Origin: Octopus sinensis
Lineage: Eukaryota
NCBI RefSeq assembly: GCF_006345805.1
Contig: NC_043022.1
Coordinates: 18,290,001-18,354,000, forward strand
DNA: 64,000 bases
Reading direction: 5' to 3'
Positions 49,451 through 63,197 of the stretch are shown one piece after another. The position numbers were made by a program, and so were the translations under genes. Every line of letters begins with the position of its first letter. The stretch's first letter is position 1. The notes below the pieces were generated by a model. The model saw only the letters and a program-made list of their open reading frames with translations. It searched no databases and had not been told where the DNA came from.

Positions 49451-52400
49451 CAATAATCAAATTTATTAAAAGCTTTGATTGAAAAAATATCTAAATTGGG
49501 TCAAATCAGACAAAAGGTTGATGGGTTTTGCGTGCATGTATGTGTGTAGTTGTATGTATGTGTGTACATCTGTGTGTGTATACGTGTATATATTTGTGTG
49601 TGCATGTGCATGCATATATATGAATTGTAGTGTATGTGTTTTGTGTGCATATATGTGTGTGTATATATAAATGTGAGCGAATGTATGTGTTGTATACATG
49701 TATGTATGTGTGTATTCTACATACATTTTGCATAGTGTATACATGTGTGTGTGTGTATGGTGATGTATGTGTTAATCAGTTGTGCACTTACATGCATGCC
49801 TGCATGTGTGTACGTATAGTTTACGTACCTGTGTGTATGAATCCATGTTATGTTTCAAACACCTGTTTTCAGATGTTCATTAATGACCACAACCTGACCC
49901 CTGCCTCCTATGTTTTTGCATTTATGATTTAAATAGATTTAGAATTCATTATTCATTGAATTAAATTGAAATTTTTTAAATTAAATTTTATGTAATATAT
50001 TTGTCTACGGTCATGTTATGCTGATGATTTCAAATAAGGATGAAATGGTACTACTCACAGCAACTTATGACTAGAAAGAGTACTTAGAATTGTAATGAGT
50101 AGAGAAATATATATATGTCAAATGTGTATATTGTGCTTTTCCTTTGTTATTCTTAGACTTAAAATTCAAACTTTTCACATTGCCATCATTCAAGATTTAT
50201 TTACAAATGGTTGTCTCCATTTCAGATAAGTGCCACTAGTACAAAACATGTTCAGAGATTAATTCTCTTATTGTAGTATGAGGTTGGCATCAGTCTGATT
50301 ATAATTTGTTTTCAAATCTAATAACAAACATGCATTAAGTCTGGTTGAAAGATGTTGATGGAAAAATCAACTGCTGTTTTTTTAGGCGGGGGTGATAGGT
50401 TCTACATTAGTATGGCAGTGTGGTCATGAAACTCACTTTGCAACCATGTGGTTTTGGGTTCAGTTCCACTGTGTGACACTTTGTGCAAGTATTGTCTACT
50501 ATAGCCCCCACCCTGATTAACCAATACATTATGAGTGACCTTGGCAGGTTGAAATTGTGTGGAAGATGCTGCTATATGTGTCTGTGTGTGTGTGTGTGCA
50601 GATAGACAGATATAAACAAATAAATTTATGTAGAGTAAAAAATATAAAGAATTCTAAGGAGAGAATGCATTGTGTTTTTTTTTACTTAACAGCTGTTTCT
50701 GGACTGTATGTATGTATATTTATGTATATAACCTTGCTTGCGAATAGGTTAAGGTTGGTGACAGGAAAGGCATTTAGCCATAGAAAAGTCTGCCTCAACA
50801 AATTCTGTTTGTCCCTTGTCTGAATGGACAAATGGACATTAAAAGGATATTGGTGGCCACAACAGTGGTTTCTGATTCAATTATTGCATTGTTAGCAGAA
50901 ATAAAGAATCCCACATCAAGCTACAAAGAACTATATCATTTGAATGATTTAATTCCAACCATTCCTAGTAACAATGCTGCTTCTTCAGCTTCAGTAGAAT
51001 TCACTTTTGTGGGCCTGAAAGGAATAAATACTTAACCTTAATGGATTACAAAACCAGCAAAGACTACACTGCCACATTTTATTCTCCATTGCAAAAATGG
51101 TAAAGAAAAGAACAACACAGTTGGAACTGAGGTGAAGATGTTCATTGTGTTGTGAAATTTTGGAACACAATTTGGTTTCTTTAAAAAAATAGAATATAAG
51201 GAAGAATGGAGCTAACGTACAGGTAAATTAAATAAAGAAAATTATCTGGTGCTTTCATCTTTAAATTTATTCAGAGAAGAAAACTCCATCTTCTGTTTGG
51301 CAGTTTATAGAATTTATAGAAATATTAGAAATTCGGTTTATTTATGCATGACAGTTTCATATCATTGGACATTTGCATTGCATTTTGTGTACAAGATATT
51401 AATATATATACATATATATACACACATACATATATATGTATATACTTAATCATATAGAAGGGAAATAGAAATTGATAGAAATTTTCACTTCCAGTGGCCT
51501 AGCGTGTAAAAATTTAGTCCAAAGACTGTGTATTACTCATAAAATTCAGTGTACTTTTAAACACATACGAGGAATCCACTCATGGGATTCAACATGCTAG
51601 AAAGAACAGCTAGATTCCAAACCCACAAAATTAGGGATAAAATCCCGAAAGGAATAAAATGAAAAATAAAAACTTTTACCATCTAGTTTCTTGGACCAAT
51701 TGGTTTCTGATTTTAGTTTAGCAAATAAGATAATTTGCTAGGTGAAATCGTTATCAACAGGTACACCTCAGGTTAAATTAAATTATATATTTAATCTGAG
51801 ATATACCTGTTGATAACGATTGATATGGTTCTGGGTTCAGTCCCACTGCATGACACATTGGACAAAATGTCTTCTGCTATAATCGGGGGTGGGGCCAACC
51901 AAAGCCCTGTGGGTAGATTTGGTACATGGAAACTAAAAGTAGTCCATCATATATAGATATGTATGTGTTGGTTTGTTTGCATTCTTGTAATGTAGCAGTT
52001 TGGCAAAAGGTAGTGATTGAATAAACACAAGACTTTAGAATATACGTACTGGTGTCAATCTATTTGATTTAAACTCTTCAAAGTATGGCCCCAATCCAGA
52101 CACTGAAATAAGAAAAGATGTTTGAAGCTACAGTGCGATACTCAAGCTTTTAGCTATAAGTGTATTGCATCAAACAGCAGAAACGGTTGTAAGCTAATGA
52201 AGTGCTTAAGATAATTTTTTTTTTTTGTCTTTCTAACTTCGTAATACCACTTTGCACTTGGCTAATGCTTCATTCTGAAGAATTTCTACCATCGTCATTG
52301 TCATTTAGTGTTTGTTTTCTAAAGACGGTTTCACTGGAACTGGTAAACTGGAGAACTGTATCAGACTGATTTTTGGCTTTGTTTCTATGGCTGGATGCCA

Positions 52401-52762
52401 TAGTGTAGTAGGTGCTTTTTACATGTCACTGACACAAGTGTCTTTCACTTGTCACCAGCATGGGTGTTTCTTACGTGTCACTAACACAGGTGCTTTTATA
52501 TGTCACAGGTGCCTTCTATATGTCACTGGCACAGGTGCCCTTTGTGTTGCTGGCACAGGTACCTTTTATGTGCTACTGACATGTAAAAAACACATGTATC
52601 TGTTCTGAGTTCTAACTCCAGATTATTAGTATCACTACACCTAAATGAAATATCAAAATACATTCACACATACATATATGTACTTCAACTTCTCTTCATG
52701 GAATATTGTTTCCAAACATTTCACTTTATTCTTTTAGTGTATGTGTGTATACATATATACAT

Positions 52763-53040
52763 GGAGGTGCAATGGCTCAGTGGTTAGGGCAGTGGACTTG
52801 CTGTCGGAGGATCGCGGTTTCGATTCCCAGACGAGGTGTTGTGTGTGTTTATTGAGTGAAAACACCTAGAAGTTCCACGAGGCTCTGGCAAGGGGTGGTA
52901 GTGACCCCTGTTGTACTCTTTCACCACAACGTTCTCTCACTCTCTCTTCCTGTTTTTTTAATAATGCTGGTGGGAACACATACGCCACAGATACCGGGGA
53001 AACTGGGCCCATGAGCCTGGGTAGGCTTGAGAAGGGTGAA
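52763..53040 (+). mobile_element. SINE family D (tRNA-derived head)
   Basis: GGAGGTGCAATGGCTCAGTGGTTAGGGC (A-box) and GGTTTCGATTCCC (B-box) followed by a non-tRNA body. Confidence 0.72.
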
Positions 53041-53104
53041 AAAAAACTATATATATATATATGTATATAAAGTGAGTTCACAGCTGAAACCTACACCAGT
53101 GTTG

Positions 53105-53540
53105 CATAACCAGCCCCAGCCCACTCAAAAGTACCTTGGATCGTAGGGCAACATGCTGTGCTTTAGGAGACCTATTGAGTCGAGTACATCAAAATCAAAT
53201 GGAAATTGTAGTTGTGATTCCCATGCCGGTGGCACGTAAAAAGCATCATCTGAATGTGGCCAATGCCAGCTCCACTTAGACTGGCTTCCGTGCTGGTGGC
53301 ACATAAAAAGTACCAACTGATCGTGGTCGTTGCCAGCCTCCTCTGGCTCCTTTGCCGGTGGCACGTAAAAGCACCCACTACACTCTCAGAGTGGTTGGCG
53401 TTAGGAAGGGCATTCAGCTGCCGAAACACTGCCAGATCAGACTGGATTCTGGTGCAGCCTCCCGGCTTCCCAGACCCCACTCGAACCATCCAACTCATGC
53501 CAGCATGGAAAACAGACGTTAAACGATGATGATGATGATA
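53105..53540 (+). mobile_element. RTE LINE 3' end, longer copy
   Basis: GCTGTGCTTTAGGAGACC (AVL*ET, cf. AVLEKT) upstream of the subrepeats, GGAAGGGCATTCAGC, (GAT)n tail. Confidence 0.82.
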
Positions 53541-53935
53541 TTGTTTGTAGAAAACATAAATCCGGAGAAAAAGCACACTCTAAGATGTAGAACAGTGTAT
53601 ATATTTAAATGGGGGGAGGCTGGTTTATGGGATTACCCTGGGTTTCTCATCCATAAGAGGCTTAGCTTTATGGTGTATCATTAGACCCCAAAAAACCTGT
53701 TGGTCTAAGACCTCTTCAATATATATATATGTAACATTTATGTGCTTATGTAACAGGACTTGGCACCAAATTTGAAGAAGACCTGTTGTTTTTATCTGTC
53801 TTTCATATTCAATAACTTTTCTTGTCAGTCAAGCGCATTACAAATCCATCACTGTCCAATTAACTTATCAGCAAGCTTAGAAGCACATGCATGCATGCAC
53901 ATATACTGCAGCAGCATTGTTGTCATTGTCTAATG

Positions 53936-54154
53936 CAGTGGTTTTCAACCAGGGTTCCGTGGAACCTTAGGGTTCCGCCAGTACAGTCCAGGGGTTCCGC
54001 AAGAAGTTACAAAACTGCTAAAATCGGCAGTAATTTTTAATTCTCCTGTGCAGATATGTGTGCATAAGACTATTGAATTATTGCACAGGGGTTCCTCGAG
54101 CCAGTGGAATGTTTCCCTGGGGTTCCGCTCCAGCAAAATGTTTGAAAAGCACTG
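53936..54154. mobile_element. hAT (Charlie-like) MITE, 219 bp
   Basis: 8-bp TSD GTCTAATG at 53928-35 and 54155-62; TIRs CAGTGGTTTTCAA / TTGAAAAGCACTG; internal GGGTTCCG repeats. Confidence 0.92.
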
Positions 54155-56519
54155 GTCTAATGTCTACTGTTCTATGCTTGCATGGGCTGGAGAGAATTTA
54201 TTGAGACAAATTTCTCTACATCCATGTTTCCAGAGGTGAATTATCCAAACCCCAAAGAATCCCTCTCAACACACGGCTATGATGCTCCCCCACTACTTCT
54301 GCTCGTGATCAGAGATGCACATATCGTCAGCTACCAAGGGACATGCTCAACTGGTTACGGTCAAACAACTGACAAGCAAATCTGTGGTATTGAGCAGAAT
54401 ATTTGCTGTAGCCCATCTTTTATGCCAAGATAAAACAATGTACATGATAACACTTCCAATCAGTTAAGATCAGAAGCCACAAGAGCCACTGCCTGGTACT
54501 GCATCATGGCATCGGTATTTCGACTGCCGTTACGTTCTGAGTTCAAATTCCACCAAGGTCGACTTTGCCTTTCATCCTTTCGGGGTCGATAAATTAAGTA
54601 CCTGTTAAGCACTGGGGTCGATGTAATCGAATTAATCCGCTTGTCTGTCCTTGTTTGTCCCCACTATGTTTAGCTCCCTGTGGGCAATAAAGAAATAAAT
54701 TATTATTATTATTATTAATATTATTAATTCCATTTAAAAAAAAATTGAAGCATGTCTTTGACAATTCCAGAGTATATTGAACTTATTTTGTGCATGATTT
54801 TTGACCCACCCTTTATGTGTGCATATACACACACACTGGGCTTCTTTCAGTTTCCATCTACCAAATCCACTCTCAACGCTTTGGTTAGCCCAGGAGCTAT
54901 ACTAGGTGCCCTGCAATAGGATTGAACTGAAGACCACATGGGTTGGGCTGAAAAAGCAAGCTCCTTCACTGCATACCATCACTACCACCTCTGCTAACAC
55001 CACCAACACCATCACTACCACTACCACCATCACTTCCAAAAAGAGTATCATAACACCATCAGCCACAAATTATGTATCACCATCATCATCATCATCACCA
55101 TTGTCATTAGATTCCGCCACCTCTGTTCTTTCCTCTGGAACCACCACCACACCACCACCACCACTGCTAACAGCAGCAGCAGACATGTCTTGGTGTCTCT
55201 GCCATGCTGGAGCCTCTCATTACAGTTGGTTAATCTTATTATTACAGTCTGTCACAGTAAATATTTAATGAGTTTACAAACTTGATGACGACGACGGTGG
55301 TGGAGGTGGGTCGGTGGGTCGGTGGGTGGGTTTGTTGGGGGGGGGGGGTGCAGCTGCGTGTAGGGTGGTGGTCGTGGTTGTGATGTGAGGGGGTGGTGCG
55401 TTGATTGTAGAACAACAACTGCAGAAGACAGACATATGTGACAAAAATTAGTGAATAACACCACCACCACCCCTACTACTACTACCACCGATACCATTTC
55501 TGCTACTACCACCACCAACATCACTTACTCCTACCAACACCGCCTCTACTACTACTGCTACCAACATCTCTACTGCTACTACTACCACCACTACTATTAC
55601 TATCAGCACCATGTCTACTACTACCAACACCACTAATGCTGCTACTACTGCTACCACCACCACCACTACTACAACTACCAACACTAACTACTATACTACT
55701 ACTACCACCACTACTACTACTACTATCACTACTACTGCTACCACCACTACTACCACCACCACTACTACCACCACCACCACTACTACTGCCACTACCACTA
55801 CTACTACAAACACAACTACCACCACTACCACTATTATCAACACCATATCTGCTACTACTAGTACTACTATTACCAAACTACTACTACTACCAACACCACC
55901 ACTTCAAGTACCAGTCACACTACAATGCTACTACTATCACAACCAACCACAAAAGCAACAACTGCAATAACAACACCAACTACTACTACTACTACTACCA
56001 GCAAAAATGAAAACAGTAACCACGACAACAGCATTAAGCAACAACAATAATAATTAACCAACATAAATGAAAGCGGTGTTGCTAATTATATTTCTTATGC
56101 CTGTGATTGTTCAATAGTGTGTTATGTGGTATGTAACATAGTATGATGTGGTGTGTTTGTGTGTTCTACAGCTGTGTAAGTAGTGTAGTGCAAATTTGGT
56201 ATGTGAGGCGTGCTAAAATGTATGTGCGTGTGTGGCAGGATCGGTGTATATGTTGCATTTCGAATAGACAGGAAATGTTGATTGTTGCTATTGTTGTTAT
56301 TTTTTGCTTCTTGTTTTTTTTTTCTCGCCATCCCCTCGTTACCCCCTCTCCTTCCCTCCACTCACCCCCATGCTGAGGCGCAAAAAATTAACCAATATCT
56401 GCCAGTATGAGGTGTTGAGATATTCATATCAGACATTTTATAACTAAGGTGAAAGACTTCATCTCTGTCACTACCGCTTTACATTGTCTGTTTCTTTTTA
56501 TTTGTGTTCTTCGTGCTGT

Positions 56520-58285
56520 TGCTAACTAACACACTGTTTATTTCTGTACTTGTTGCTAACACACCCTTTTTACATTTGTGTTCTTGTTTTGCTGTTGCCA
56601 ATTCACTGTCTTTTTATTTCTGCACTTGATGCTAACACACCCTTTAATATTTGTGTTGCTAGCACACTTCATTTCTGTATTTGTTGCTAACACACCCTTG
56701 TGTATTTGTGTTCTTGTTGCTGTTACTAATACACTGCCTGTCTATTTCTTTACTTGTTGCTAACACACTCCTTGATAGTTGTGTTCTTGTTGTGGTTGCT
56801 AACACACTTAATATCTGTACTTGTTGCTAACGCACCTTTCTATGGTTGTGTTCTTGTTGCTGTTACTAATACACTGTTTATTTCTGTACTTATTGCTAAC
56901 ACGCTTTTTAATAGTTGTGTTCTTTTTGTGGTTGCTAACACACTGTTTATTTCTGTACTTGTTGCTAACACACTCCTTGATAGTTGTGTTCTTGTCATGG
57001 TTGCTAACACACTTAATATCTGTACTTGTTGCTAACACATTCCTTGATAGTTGTGATCTTGTCATGGTTTGCTAACACACTTAATATCTGTACTTGTTGC
57101 TAACGCACCCTTCTATATTTGTGTTCTTGTTGCTGTTACTAATACACTGTTTATTTCTGTACTTGTTGCTAACATGCTTTTTGATAGTTGTGTTCTTTTT
57201 GTGGTTGCTAACACACTGTATATTTCTGTACTTGTTTGTTGCTAATACACTGTTTCATAGTGTGTGCTTATTACTGTTGCATATGCATTGTGTTATTACG
57301 TTTTTGTTGCTGTTGCTAACACATTGTCTGCTTTATTACTGCTCTTGTTGCTAGCATGTTATCAGTCAGTTTGTCCACTTGTTGCCAACAATCCATCCTT
57401 TTGAAGTTCTTGTTGCTCTTGCCTACATCTCACTTTTATTTGTGTTCTTGTTGCTAATACAGTATCTTTCCTGTGTTTTTCTTGCTGCTGTTAACACAAT
57501 CTGTTTCATTTGTTTTGCTGTTGCTAAATACACTGTTGTAAAAGTGTGGCATTACTGTTGCTAATACACTGTTGTAAAAGTGTGGCATTACTGTTGCTAA
57601 TACACTGTTGTAATAGTGTGGCATTACTGTTGCTAATACACTGTTGTAAAAGTGTGGCATTACTGTTGCTAATACACTGTTGTAATAGTGTGGCATTACT
57701 GTTGCTAATACACTTGTAAAAGTGTGGAATTACTGTTGCTAATACACTGTTGTAAAAGTGTGGCATTACTGTTGCTAATACACTGTTGTAATAGTGTGGC
57801 ATTACTGTTGCTAATACACTTGTAAAAGTGTGGAATTACTGTTGCTAATACACTGTTGTAAAAGTGTGGCATTACTGTTGCTAATACACTGTTGTAATAG
57901 TGTGGCATTACTGTTGCTAATACACTTGTAAAAGTGTGGCATTACTGTTGCTAATACACTGTTGTAAAAGTGTGGCATTACTGATGCTAATACACTGTTG
58001 TAATAGTGTGGCATTACTGTTGCTAATACACTTGTAAAAGTGTGGAATTACTGTTGCTAATACACTGTTGTAAAAGTGTGGCATTACTGTTGCTAATACA
58101 CTGTTGTAATAGTGTAGCATTACTGTTGCTAATACACTGTTGTAATAGTGTGGCATTACTGTTGCTAATACACTGTTGTAAAAGTGTGGCATTACTGTTG
58201 CTAATACACTGTTGTAAAAGTGTGGCATTACTGTTGCTAATACAATGTTGTAAAAGTGTGGCATTACTGTTGCTAATACGCTGTT
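56520..58285. repeat. TTGCTAA(C/T)ACAC-anchored satellite: diverged part 56520-57500, homogeneous 36-bp units with 106-bp higher-order repeat 57520-58285
   Basis: Unit CTGTTGCTAATACACTGTTGTAAAAGTGTGGCATTA; a 34-bp variant recurs at 106-bp spacing. Confidence 0.95.
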
Positions 58286-58584
58286 TTACATGTACTGGGT
58301 GTACTCTTACTGTTGCTAATCCACAGTTGTAAAGTATGGAGTCGCTGTAGTTTTTGTTGTTTTTTTTTAGCTTGTAACAAAACTAAACTATAAATACTCT
58401 TCTCTATAAACATTGACTTCTATTTCTCTCATTTGTAAAACCTGGGCATGAGAAACAAAGTCATTAAATGAAAGGATGATATATGAACATATGTAAACGA
58501 TGATAATAATGATAAATATACTCACACATGTATAGGCGTATGCATATATGTGTGTGTGTGCATAGTTTCATATAGTTATATATG

Positions 58585-58620
<36 letters not shown>

Positions 58621-61600
58621 TATATGTTTTATATATGTATATAGATATATGTTTTATATATGTATATAGATATATGTTTTATATATGTATATAGATATAT
58701 ATGTTTTATGTATGTATATATATATAAATATATATGTTTTATATATGTATATATATATAAATATATATGTTTTATATATGTATATATATAGTTTTATATA
58801 TGTTTTATATATGTATATATATATGCATATATATATAGTTTTATATATGTATATATATATGCATATATATATAGTTTTATATATGTATATATATATGCAT
58901 ATATATATAGTTTTATATATGTATATATATATGCATATATATATAGTTTTATATATGTATATATATATGTATATATATATGCATATATATATAGTTTTAT
59001 ATATGTATAGATATATGTATGTATATATAGTTTATGTATAGATATATGTATGTATAGTTTTATATATGTATATATACATGTATGTATATATGGTTTTATA
59101 TATGTATATATACATATATGTATATATAGTTTTATGTATGTATAAATATATAGTTTTATATATATATATATAAGTATAGATATAGTATTTTTATATAAAT
59201 GGTTACATATTTATGTGTATATATACATATACATATAGATACGTGTGTGTACAGAAGTATGTAATATTTTAGGCATCTTACAAGATTAAGATGAATAAAG
59301 ATTAAGATTATGATTATTTCTTCAGTTCTGTTGATTATTTCTGGTTCCGACCAGCTGCTGCCATTATGGTTGCTGGTGGTGATGGTGGTGGTGGTGGTGG
59401 TGGTTTTGGTAACGCCATCGCTATCATCACGCTGCTACTGCATTACCATCAGCTGATGGTTAGTATAGAAAATGCACCACCACTGCCACCATTACCATCA
59501 CCAACACCATTAAAATATATCTGTCCCTACAATCACAACACTCACACTACCACCACCAACATCACTACCTATTTCTTTACTACCCACAAGGGGCCAAATA
59601 CAGAGGGGACAAGCAAGGACAGACAAACGGATTAAGTCGATTACATCGACCCCAGTGCGTAATTTATCGACCCCGAAAGAATGAAAGGCGAAGTCGACCT
59701 CGGCGGAATTTGAACTCACAATGTAACGGCAGCCGAAATACCGCAAAGAATTTCGCCCGACGTGCTAATGACTCTGCCAGCTTGCCACCACAGCACACCC
59801 CACCCTCAGCTCCACACCACAATACCCCAAAGAGAAATTCTTCATCACCATCCAAAGCAGAACTTCCTCCACAAAACACAATGATGCTTCTGTGTGATTG
59901 TTCAGTGCTCTAGAAATAGCAGCCAAACTTCTCTTAAAAGTGATACATTCTTATTGACTTGTTATATGCTGAAGGACAAATTGCATAATGTATTCCTAGA
60001 CACACGACAACGCAACCCCTGAATTTCACATGGCACCAGAGATGTTTCTTCACTACCACTGAAAACACCACCACTGCCACCACCACCAACACACAAATCA
60101 CTAAGCATAATACACCAGGGGCAGATGTGGCTGTGTGGTAAGAAGCTTGCTTCCCAACCACATGGTTCCTGGATCAGTCCCACTGTGTGGTACCTTGGGC
60201 AAGTATCTTCTACTATAGCCTCAGGCCAACCAAAGAATGGCGAGTGGATCTGATAGACAGAAACTGAAAGAAGCCCGTCGTATATACATATATATATATA
60301 TATATATATAAATGTTCGTGCTTTTTACGTGCTGGTGGCGCGTAAAAAGCACAAACCGGAGTGGTTGGCATTAGGAAGGGCATCCAGCTGTAGAAACGTT
60401 GCCAGATAAGACCGGAGCCTGGTGCAGCCTTCTGGCTTCCCAGATCCCCGGTCGAACCGTCCAACCCATGCTAGCATGGAGAACGGACGTTAAACGATGA
60501 TGATGATGATGATTGTGGACATTGCCAGCCTCCTCTGGCCCCTGTGCCGGTGGCATGTAAAAAGCACTCTCTACACTCACGGTGTTGTTGGCGTTAGGAA
60601 GGGCATCTAGTTGTAGAAACACTGCCAGATCAGACTGGAGCCTGGTGCAGCCTCCTGTCTTCCCAGACCCTGGTCGAACCATCCAACCCATGCCAGCATG
60701 GAAAACGGACATTAAACGATAATGATGATGTATATCTTTGTGTATCTGTGTTTGTCACCTCCTCCATTGCTTGACAACTGATGTTGGTGTGTTTACATCC
60801 CTACAACTTAGTGGTTCAGCAAAAGAGACCGTTAGAATATGTACTAGGCTTACAAAGAATAAGTTCTGGGGTCGATTTGTTCGACTAAAGGCGATGCTCC
60901 AGCATGGCCGCTGTCAAATGACTGAAACAAATTAAAGATTAAAAAAAGAAGACCACACAAACCTCTATGTGGTTACTTCGTGTGCTAGAGATAACAGCTA
61001 AATCTGCCTCAAATTACCATATTCTTTCATCTTGTAGACAAAATAGGGAAAAAGAAGACAACGATAAATTAAATGCTGTTTTTATAGGATATGCCCACCC
61101 CTATCGAAAAGATGTGATAGACATAGATTGAGTGGTTTTGATCATAGGTTTGCTTAATCAGTACTGACCTAGGGTTTCTGAACAACCATTTTCTCCACAA
61201 TCAGCACCGGCGGCGGAAGCAGTGGTGGAGGTGGTGGTGATGTGGGTGATATTGATTATGGTGATGGTTATAGTTACAATGATGGTAGTGGTGGTGGTGG
61301 TGGTTCTGTTAGAGAGTGATGTTAGAGTGGCATTAAGGTGGTGGTGGTGGTGGCAGTGATGGTTGTGATGATGGTCATGGTAGCAGTGATGATGGTAATG
61401 GTTATGATGATGGCAATTTTAGTGATGTTAAGACGGTGGTGATGGTGGCGGTGGTGGTGATTATTGTGATGATAGTAGCTACGGTGGTGTTGGTGAAAGC
61501 AGTGGTTATTAAGAAGTGGTGGTGGTGGTGAGGATTATGATGATGGCAGTTGTGGTGTTGGTGTTGACGGTGGATCAGTAATTGGAACGAGATGATTGCA

Positions 61601-61902
61601 GACCAGCTGAAGGAATGTTGCCTTCACTCTCCTGACCACATCCTACCTCCCACCATCTGGAAGGACGAAGAGGAGAAGAGGGAGGAAGAGAGAGAGCGAG
61701 CGAGAAGGGATAAGGAGAGGGGCAGAAGACACAGATTTGACCTTTCCTCCAACGCCACCCGTCTTGGGCCTTCAACATATATAGCATACATACAGACACA
61801 CACACACATATATGCACATATATATCTCAATATACACACACATACAAACAAATACAATACATATGTATGCATGTATACTATGTGAGTATATCACATATAT
61901 TA

Positions 61903-61974
<72 letters not shown>

Positions 61975-62216
61975 ATATATATATATATATACACATACAT
62001 ATATATATATATACACACATACATATATATATATATACACACATACATATATATATATATACACACATACATATACATATATATACACACACATATATAT
62101 ATATATACATACATACATATATATATACACACACATACATATATATATACACATACATATATATATATACATAGATATATACATATATATATACATATAT
62201 ATATACATATACATAC

Positions 62217-62248
<32 letters not shown>

Positions 62249-62285
62249 ATATACATACATATATATACATATACATACATCATAT

Positions 62286-62319
<34 letters not shown>

Positions 62320-62326
62320 ACATATG

Positions 62327-62372
<46 letters not shown>

Positions 62373-62939
62373 TATAATCACCATATGCATACACACATGC
62401 CTAACATATCTGTTGTGGCCACTCACTGACCAGTATGGAGATTTTCAAGGAGATTCCTTCACCAGTCCAACGGTACATTAGCAGCGGATAGATGTAGGGG
62501 GTGTACATGAGGAGGGGGGAATATATATATATCTTGTGGGTAGTGGTGGTGGTGGTGGTGCAGAGGATTGTGTGTATGTTTTTTTTTTTGTTTTTCGATA
62601 TTTTCATTTTACTTTTGCTCATCAGCAAATGTGAAGGCATGTATGTATATACATGTGTGTATGTGTGTGTGTGTCTGTGTATACATATATACACACATGC
62701 ATATATAATAGATGGAGGATGCATATATTTAAGTATATGTAAATATGCATACACTTGCTGATGAGCAAAAGATCTTTTCATGATATATATATATATATAT
62801 ATATATGTTGTTATATATAGTATGTACATATTTAATGTATATGATATATTTATTGTATATATGTATTCCTATACATCCAAATATATATGTACATTTGCAT
62901 TATATGCACATATCTGTATTTTGTATATATTTATCATAC

Positions 62940-62984
<45 letters not shown>

Positions 62985-63153
62985 TAGATGTATGTACACT
63001 CTCCCTCTCTCAACACACATGTATATACATATGTGTCCATATACATCCATATGTATATACATACATATACATATGTGTGCATATACATCCATATATATAT
63101 ATATACATATGCATATATATACATATGCATATACATACGTGTGCATATACATC

Positions 63154-63184
<31 letters not shown>

Positions 63185-63197
63185 ATGTATATATATA

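Noticed and set aside
50832-51170. MDIKRILVAT... ORF and minus-strand PTKVNSTEAEEAALLLGMVGIKSFK* exon
   Set aside because: The exon pair needs a 22-nt intron; the plus ORF only faintly resembles a LINE endonuclease; unresolved
53685-53722. Very degenerate hammerhead remnants (53685-53722 minus; GAAACATATGTA half at ~4655-4670 minus)
   Set aside because: Half the core is missing; may be PLE relics but too decayed to call
55308-55345. G-quadruplex-forming G-runs (also the C-rich tract at 23468-23518)
   Set aside because: Common in low-complexity DNA; no contextual evidence of function
57520-58285. 36-bp palindromic repeats resembling CRISPR direct repeats
   Set aside because: Units are contiguous with no unique spacers, there are no cas genes, and the context is eukaryotic
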